DNA from: Candidatus Kerfeldbacteria bacterium
GTDB taxonomy: Bacteria > Patescibacteriota > Patescibacteriia > UBA10025 > JAHIVO01
Direction of reading: 5' to 3'
NCBI GenBank assembly: GCA_047946875.1
Contig: CP181398.1
Span: 463,818 to 527,817 of the forward strand
DNA length: 64,000 nt
This document shows, in pieces, positions 59,177 to 64,000 of the stretch. The notes under the pieces were generated by a model that saw nothing but the letters and a program-made list of their open reading frames with translations, had not been told where the DNA came from and did no database searches. How positions within the stretch are numbered: position 1 is the stretch's first letter; each line of letters begins with the position of its first letter. Made by a program: the position numbers and the translations under genes.

Positions 59177-60913
59177 TTACCAACTCCCTCCTCCACCTCC
59201 TCCAAAGCCACCTCCAGAAAATCCACCCCCACTACTAAATCCAGAAGTCCCACCCCCAGAACTATTAGGACGGCTAACCATGGCAGAATTTACATTACTT
59301 GTCATAGAGCTAAGAGAATTAGCAAGATATAATGCACCAAAAACATTGCCTGCATTACCCTCATACCAATCAGGTGGCGTTAGATATATATCGTCAAATT
59401 GACCAGCCCATTCTTTTTCTACTCCCAAGACCATGGCATAAGGTAGATTTTCTTCAAAAGATTTGGGTGATTTAGTCGGAGAATTATGAAATTTCAATCG
59501 CTCAGTCTCAGTTACAGACAAAAACCACTTAAATCCAAGAATTTTACTATGTGTTTCTGCTCCCTTAATAGTCTTCCTTGGCATAATGAATGCGAAGATG
59601 ATTGTTATTGCTACACCTACTCCTATACTAACAAATGTCAAAGTCCCAAGAGTGCTTGTAGCAGCTGCTAGTATAAACATAACTATTATAATTGAAATAG
59701 CACCAATACTACCGTACATTGTTCTTACTTTATCAGGGTTAGCAGGAAAATAATCATTTGTAACAACTAATTCATATATTGATTTTTTTATGCCTGGCAG
59801 ATGAGTATAAAATTTATTCTTTAGAGCTGATACTTTCTTTGTGTCATTTTTACCAAAAATTCCTTCAAGTACAAGTTTTTCAAATTCAATTAAACTACCA
59901 TCTGAATCTTTTAATTTTATCAATTCATAATCCTTACTCTTACCTATTAATTTTTTTAGATCAATTTCTTTTATTTTGATATAACCTTTTACTGCCAATT
60001 GAATTATAGTTGCAGATATATCTTTAAGATCAACCTTCTCATCAACAATTGTTCCTAATTCCCCTGCTGTCATCTTATTTGGAGATTCATAAATTGGAAT
60101 AATTGTATCTCGTACTTCTGGATCACGGCCTCGTGTGTACCACAAAAAATACATAACTATAAATATTAACAATGGAAAGAATATTGGCCAATTATCTTGC
60201 ATAAACCATAAAAATAATTGCATTCCATCTGGCTGTATAGTTATACCTTTTGGCCAGCCGAATACTACAGTTAAACCTTCATCTGAAGATAAAGTACTAT
60301 TAGAGGAAAACTCAATCCCCTCATCTATATTAGAAACTGTGCAATCCTGTTCTTCTGAACCATAAATACCTGTATAGCAAGCTGTTTGTAGTTCAGAATT
60401 TGAAATATTTTCTGATAATGAAACTAGAGCACCAGATTTTTTTATATCCAAATACCATTCATTACCAGTAACATTCCAATAAAATTCATCATAATCTTCA
60501 AAATAATTGATTGCCCGATCAACTTTGTATTCAATTACATAATTTTTAACACCTGAAACATACTTATCCGCATCCCCAATTTTTATTTCAAATTCACCGG
60601 AACTCTTGGAGACCGTATAAGTAAGAAAATTGTTATTTTCATCCACTACCGATAATACATTTATTCTCAAATTATATTTATAACCATCTCTTTCATAAGA
60701 ATAAGGAATTGTCCTATAGATACCATGTCTTTCCATTTTCTCAAAATTATAGGTAATATGCTCCACCACAGTGATACTACTATCCTGATTAATCGAAATT
60801 ACGCTATAAAATTGATCAATTTGTTCACCCGAAGGACCAGTATTAAGTCCAAGAGTCATTGTTGGGATAAAAAGTAATATGAATATTAGTACTAATTTTG
60901 TAATTATCTTCAT
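59177..60913 (-). CDS. Large membrane protein with C-terminal Gly-rich tail (DUF2207-like)
   Basis: Signal peptide MKIITKLVLIFILLFIPTMTLG (I placed the start at the internal Met, 60913), then an extracytoplasmic domain, several TM helices, and a C-terminal ...GGGTSGFSSGGGFSGGGFGGGGGGSW. The architecture resembles DUF2207 proteins as I recall them. Confidence 0.4.
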   Translation of the reverse strand: MKIITKLVLIFILLFIPTMTLGLNTGPSGEQIDQFYSVISINQDSSITVVEHITYNFEKMERHGIYRTIPYSYERDGYKYNLRINVLSVVDENNNFLTYTVSKSSGEFEIKIGDADKYVSGVKNYVIEYKVDRAINYFEDYDEFYWNVTGNEWYLDIKKSGALVSLSENISNSELQTACYTGIYGSEEQDCTVSNIDEGIEFSSNSTLSSDEGLTVVFGWPKGITIQPDGMQLFLWFMQDNWPIFFPLLIFIVMYFLWYTRGRDPEVRDTIIPIYESPNKMTAGELGTIVDEKVDLKDISATIIQLAVKGYIKIKEIDLKKLIGKSKDYELIKLKDSDGSLIEFEKLVLEGIFGKNDTKKVSALKNKFYTHLPGIKKSIYELVVTNDYFPANPDKVRTMYGSIGAISIIIVMFILAAATSTLGTLTFVSIGVGVAITIIFAFIMPRKTIKGAETHSKILGFKWFLSVTETERLKFHNSPTKSPKSFEENLPYAMVLGVEKEWAGQFDDIYLTPPDWYEGNAGNVFGALYLANSLSSMTSNVNSAMVSRPNSSGGGTSGFSSGGGFSGGGFGGGGGGSW

Positions 60914-61027
60914 AAATTTATTGATAGTAAATATTAATTTTATTATATCATAAAGAAAAATAATATATAACAAAACAGCCTAACATAAATTAGTTGCTAC
61001 CCTCCAGCAATTTTTTAGATATATGTA

Positions 61028-61213
61028 CTACTTATACTGCTGTTTCAGCCTAACATGCTCCACTTCATCTAGACACTCTTCACAATAGACTGGCTCATGT
61101 ATCTCTTCACCACAACCAGAACAATAATTGCGGATGTGTCGTATCCCCAAAAACCTCTTCATCTGTTGGAACTTCATGTCAGTTAACAACTCCTTACGGG
61201 TTTTTGTTCTCAT
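61028..61213 (-). CDS. Small zinc-ribbon protein
   Basis: 61 aa with CSGC...CEEC paired CxxC motifs. Confidence 0.35.
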   Translation of the reverse strand: MRTKTRKELLTDMKFQQMKRFLGIRHIRNYCSGCGEEIHEPVYCEECLDEVEHVRLKQQYK

Positions 61214-61300
61214 ATTTTTTATTTAGTGAATAGTTTCAGGCAGTGCCTGATCTCCTGCAAAGCCGGACCAGGCTCTGCCTGGCGGTTACAACTATGCCGG
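61214..61300 (-). promoter_or_regulatory. GC-rich structured 5' leader / candidate small RNA
   Basis: Hairpins CAGGCAGTGCCTG (61227-61239) and CCAGGCTCTGCCTGG (61258-61272) lie in an otherwise AT-rich 500-bp intergenic region. They sit immediately upstream (minus strand) of the zinc-ribbon gene. Confidence 0.25.
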
Positions 61301-61714
61301 AAATTATATATTTTAATAAGATATTGCTAGACAGGATCTTTTAAATAACTCTCTGACTTAAGTCCTGGTCACACACCAAGGAATCCGGATCAAGAACTCT
61401 AGATATTAGGAAAAACATCCATTTTCCCTGTTACCTGACTTGATACCTGCTTAATATAAAGAAAGCAATCCTGCCTAACAATCTATTATCAAATTTTTTA
61501 ATAAACAAAAAACCAACTACTATTTTTATTTCAAAATTTTGTGTTGGTATTTGTATTTAGTGTTTCGCAGCTATTTCTACTTGATCTAGCTTTAATCACT
61601 ATAATATTCGATTTTCCACTTCTTTGGCGTTTGGCACCTCAGTAAGTACCTACAATATAATATTGAACGGTTTTTTAGTCAAATACTGTCCTGTGGATAA
61701 GTATTTGGTAATAA

Positions 61715-62380
61715 TCAAGACAAAGAAAAAGGATTAAAATTTGTTTTTTCATCATAGACATCAATATTCTCCTTTTGCTTTAATTTATTTGTTATTAGAT
61801 AAGTCAAAGGTGTAGCCAAAGTTTCAAAACTAACTTTAAATATATAATTAGAAATAATAATTGATACCAACAAACTATCAGGTAGCACCCCATAAAAAGC
61901 AACCAAAACAAATATCGATGTATCTATCCCCTCACCTACAATCGTCGAGCTGATAGTTCTTAGCCACAACCTCTTTCCTTGAAAATACACTTTCATTTTT
62001 GCCATGATATATGAATTTGAAAATTCTCCAAAGAAATATGCAATCATCGAAGCAATTACAATCCTTGATGTTAATCCTAATATATTATCGTACGATTCCT
62101 GAAATCCCCAATCAGCTGCAGCTGGCAAATTACCAACAATAACCAAAACTAGAGACATTAATAATGCACTAAAAAAACCTGTCCAGATAACTCTTCGAGC
62201 TGCTTTGTACCCATATACCTCTGTCAAAATATCACCAAATATATATATGATTGGAAAAAGAATAGTTCCACCATCAAAAATAAATGGTCCAAGATCTAGA
62301 ATTTTGGTTGAAGCTATATTAGAAATCAGTAGCACTGCCACAAACAGGCCTAAGATTATATCGAAATATTTATACCTCAT
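61715..62380 (-). CDS. YhhQ/DUF165 family transporter (queuosine-precursor/vitamin uptake type)
   Basis: ...GGTILFPIIYIFGDILTEVYGYKAARRVIWTGF... matches the YhhQ-family signature. It has about 6 TM helices. Its start overlaps the upstream gene's stop (ATGA). Confidence 0.55.
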   Translation of the reverse strand: MRYKYFDIILGLFVAVLLISNIASTKILDLGPFIFDGGTILFPIIYIFGDILTEVYGYKAARRVIWTGFFSALLMSLVLVIVGNLPAAADWGFQESYDNILGLTSRIVIASMIAYFFGEFSNSYIMAKMKVYFQGKRLWLRTISSTIVGEGIDTSIFVLVAFYGVLPDSLLVSIIISNYIFKVSFETLATPLTYLITNKLKQKENIDVYDEKTNFNPFSLS

Positions 62381-63111
62381 GTTTTATTCTTAAGTACAGC
62401 TAAGCTAAATTTTACTACCGCAGTTATTATCCTAGGTAGACGCCAAGGTTGCTTGATTAATCTATAGAACCATTCTAAACCAATTTTCCTAATCATTTTT
62501 GGTGCCCTTTCTACATACCCGGATATATAATCAAATGACCCCCCTACTCCCATAGCAATTTTTACAGAAGGTATTTTTGATAAATTTTTCTTAATCCATT
62601 TTTCTTGTTTAACATGTCCAAAAGCAACAAATACAATGTCCGGCCTCCTTCTATTAATCATCTCTATTAATTTTTTATCTTTAAAACGTCTATGCCAACT
62701 ACGGTAGCCTTTCTCAGCTCCAACTATTTTAAGATTTGGAAATCTCTCTATTAATCTCTTTGCTGTAAAAGATGGAATATCATCTCTAGCTCCCAACAAG
62801 TAGATAGAACTCCCTTCTCTTTCTGCGACCTTAGTTATCTCTAACAATAAATCAACACCAGTAATTCTCTGCTTTAATTTCCATCCAAATCTTGGTGCAG
62901 CAAATTTAATTCCCATACCATCAGATAATGACATATCTGATTTATTAAGAATATCTTTAAATTCTTCATCTTTCTGTGCTGCCATTATAAATTCAGGATT
63001 AGTAGTTACTATATAATGCTGCTTTGTACTTTTTAAGTATAATTCAACATTCTCAATTACTTCTGCTAAATACAGATTATCTATTTTTACATTTAGTATT
63101 TTATTTTTCAT
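62377..63111 (-). CDS. WecB/TagA/CpsF family glycosyltransferase (GT26)
   Basis: 244 aa, typical of the family. ...IVTTNPEFIMAAQKDEEF...GVDLLLEI...IYLLGA... matches the conserved N-acetyl-mannosaminyltransferase-type core. Confidence 0.65.
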   Translation of the reverse strand: MKNKILNVKIDNLYLAEVIENVELYLKSTKQHYIVTTNPEFIMAAQKDEEFKDILNKSDMSLSDGMGIKFAAPRFGWKLKQRITGVDLLLEITKVAEREGSSIYLLGARDDIPSFTAKRLIERFPNLKIVGAEKGYRSWHRRFKDKKLIEMINRRRPDIVFVAFGHVKQEKWIKKNLSKIPSVKIAMGVGGSFDYISGYVERAPKMIRKIGLEWFYRLIKQPWRLPRIITAVVKFSLAVLKNKT

Positions 63112-63172
63112 AATTTTTATACCTTAACTTTTTTGCAATATATATATAATCTAATAATATATGTAATATTAA

Positions 63173-63718
63173 TTATACTTTCCATTTTTTCTTAACCTCA
63201 TTAACCAAACTATTACAACTCTTAAACTCATCCAATTGAGACCAATTTTTTTTTTTTGAATTTCTGATTACTAATTTGTATTTCCACATCATTTCGCTGA
63301 TTCTGAGCTTCTTTTTTATAATTGTGGAATAATATGGCAGATTATCTCGTGCATCAATCATTTTTATTAACCAACAATACTTACCAATCTTATTGATTCT
63401 TTTTTCTGCATTGCGCCATCTATCCTTATAATATTTATATTTATAATCTTGAGTTAAGGCTGAAACAATTCTACTTACTTTTTTTCCAAATTCTTTTTCA
63501 ATTTTCTTGTTAGTACACTTCGTATCTTCTACAACGTCATGCAAAAATCCAGCTACAACAATATCTAGCGGTATTTTTAGTTCCAATAATTTAGTCCCGA
63601 CATTCACACTATGTAAAATAAGTGGCTTCGGATTGCTGTTTGATTCAGTCACATATTTTACTAAGAATATTATTGACTTTTCAATTTTAAATAATTCTTT
63701 TTTTGTATATTTTTGCAT
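63173..63718 (-). CDS. HD-domain (p)ppGpp-hydrolase-like protein (small alarmone hydrolase-like)
   Basis: AGFLHDVVEDT is the classic RelA/SpoT hydrolase HD motif. The 181-aa single-domain protein has no synthetase domain. Confidence 0.55.
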   Translation of the reverse strand: MQKYTKKELFKIEKSIIFLVKYVTESNSNPKPLILHSVNVGTKLLELKIPLDIVVAGFLHDVVEDTKCTNKKIEKEFGKKVSRIVSALTQDYKYKYYKDRWRNAEKRINKIGKYCWLIKMIDARDNLPYYSTIIKKKLRISEMMWKYKLVIRNSKKKNWSQLDEFKSCNSLVNEVKKKWKV

Positions 63719-63817
63719 ATAAATATTATATCATTTTTCTAGAATATAGTCTTTATTAAACAGTCATTTTTTGATACAATACAAATCAGCAAAATACTTA
63801 ATAACTGAGAAAAATCT

Positions 63818-64000
63818 ATGATTAAAAGAGTTGCTAAGATTACAAAAAAAATAGTAATAATATCCTTTATTTCACTTCTAATTACGCCACAATTAACCAT
63901 GGCGCTTACTTTCAATCCAAATTTTATCATGTCGGATAACGACCTTGTAAATTCAACCTCTATGTCCGTAAATAGGATACAGAGTTTTTTGGATTCAAAA
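63818..64000 (+). CDS. N-terminal fragment of a secreted protein; partial at window end
   Basis: ATG at 63818 opens MIKRVAKITKKIVIISFISLLITPQLTMALTFNPNFIMSDNDLVNSTSMSVNRIQSFLDSK..., a signal-peptide-like N-terminus. It is in frame to the window end. I preferred it over the antisense ORF 63739-63930. Confidence 0.35.
   Translation, partial: MIKRVAKITKKIVIISFISLLITPQLTMALTFNPNFIMSDNDLVNSTSMSVNRIQSFLDSK

Noticed and set aside
62381-62460. preQ1 riboswitch upstream of the YhhQ-family transporter
   Set aside because: The transporter start overlaps the stop of the upstream GT26 gene (ATGA). There is no leader in which a riboswitch could sit, and no preQ1-I-like hairpin with an A-rich tail was seen.
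63739-63930. ORF 63739-63930 (-) at the window end
   Set aside because: It overlaps a plus-strand ORF (63818 onward) that has a signal-peptide-like N-terminus and continues in frame to the window edge. The minus-strand product is hydrophobic and low-complexity. I preferred the plus-strand partial CDS.

Overview
This is an AT-rich (roughly 30% GC), gene-dense bacterial window with long co-directional gene blocks and small intergenic gaps. The gene content suggests a small-genome bacterium, possibly Patescibacteria/CPR-like. That call is inference from the many glycosyltransferases, a DUF4012-like protein and a lone trpB. I found no rRNA, tRNA or CRISPR array.

The window reads as four parts.

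(1) 1-11.3 kb is a cell-surface glycan locus. It holds GT1 and GT2 glycosyltransferases, a nucleotide-sugar 6-dehydrogenase, an O-antigen-ligase-like membrane protein and a DUF4012-like protein. An MreB paralog sits inside this cluster.

(2) 11.4-27.8 kb is a core housekeeping block. It holds holB, frr, rseP, a canonical mreB-mreC-mreD-mrdA (PBP2) cluster, greA, lysS, an MgtC-family protein, serS, alr, an FtsQ-like protein, a Cas4/RecB-like nuclease, and hup on the opposite strand.

(3) 28.3-45.2 kb is a compositionally distinct accessory island with visibly higher GC. Genes there have strong Shine-Dalgarno sites and many rho-independent terminators. The island holds a XerC/D-family tyrosine recombinase bracketed by an inverted pair of GC-rich hairpin repeats. 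Beyond it are reiterated short direct repeats flanking small membrane-protein genes and dispersed copies of a ~100-nt element upstream of unrelated genes. There are three SAM methyltransferases, two paralogous YfbR-like HD hydrolases, an IPP isomerase, a HAD hydrolase, a clan-A glycoside hydrolase, a GNAT, a zincin-like mini-peptidase and a DUF1905 protein. I consider the repeat-bracketed recombinase module and the dispersed upstream element the most likely candidate for something undescribed. The possibility that they form a cassette-like recombination system is the idea I would test first.

(4) 45.3-64 kb is minus-strand core. It holds rlmN, a cupin, an M23 peptidase, gltX, an HAAAP-type permease, a lone trpB, dinB, rlmH, a cyclophilin, a DUF2207-like protein with a Gly-rich tail, a YhhQ-family transporter translationally coupled to a GT26 glycosyltransferase, and two HD-domain proteins whose motif matches the RelA/SpoT (p)ppGpp hydrolase HD motif.

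I also found several short GC-rich palindromic motifs of the form CAGGCAG...CTGCCTG in intergenic regions. There is a GC-rich structured 5' region upstream of a zinc-ribbon mini-gene, a tandem 33-bp repeat, and two small ORFs missing from the 60-aa track (an AbrB/MazE-like 55-aa protein and a 56-aa membrane protein).
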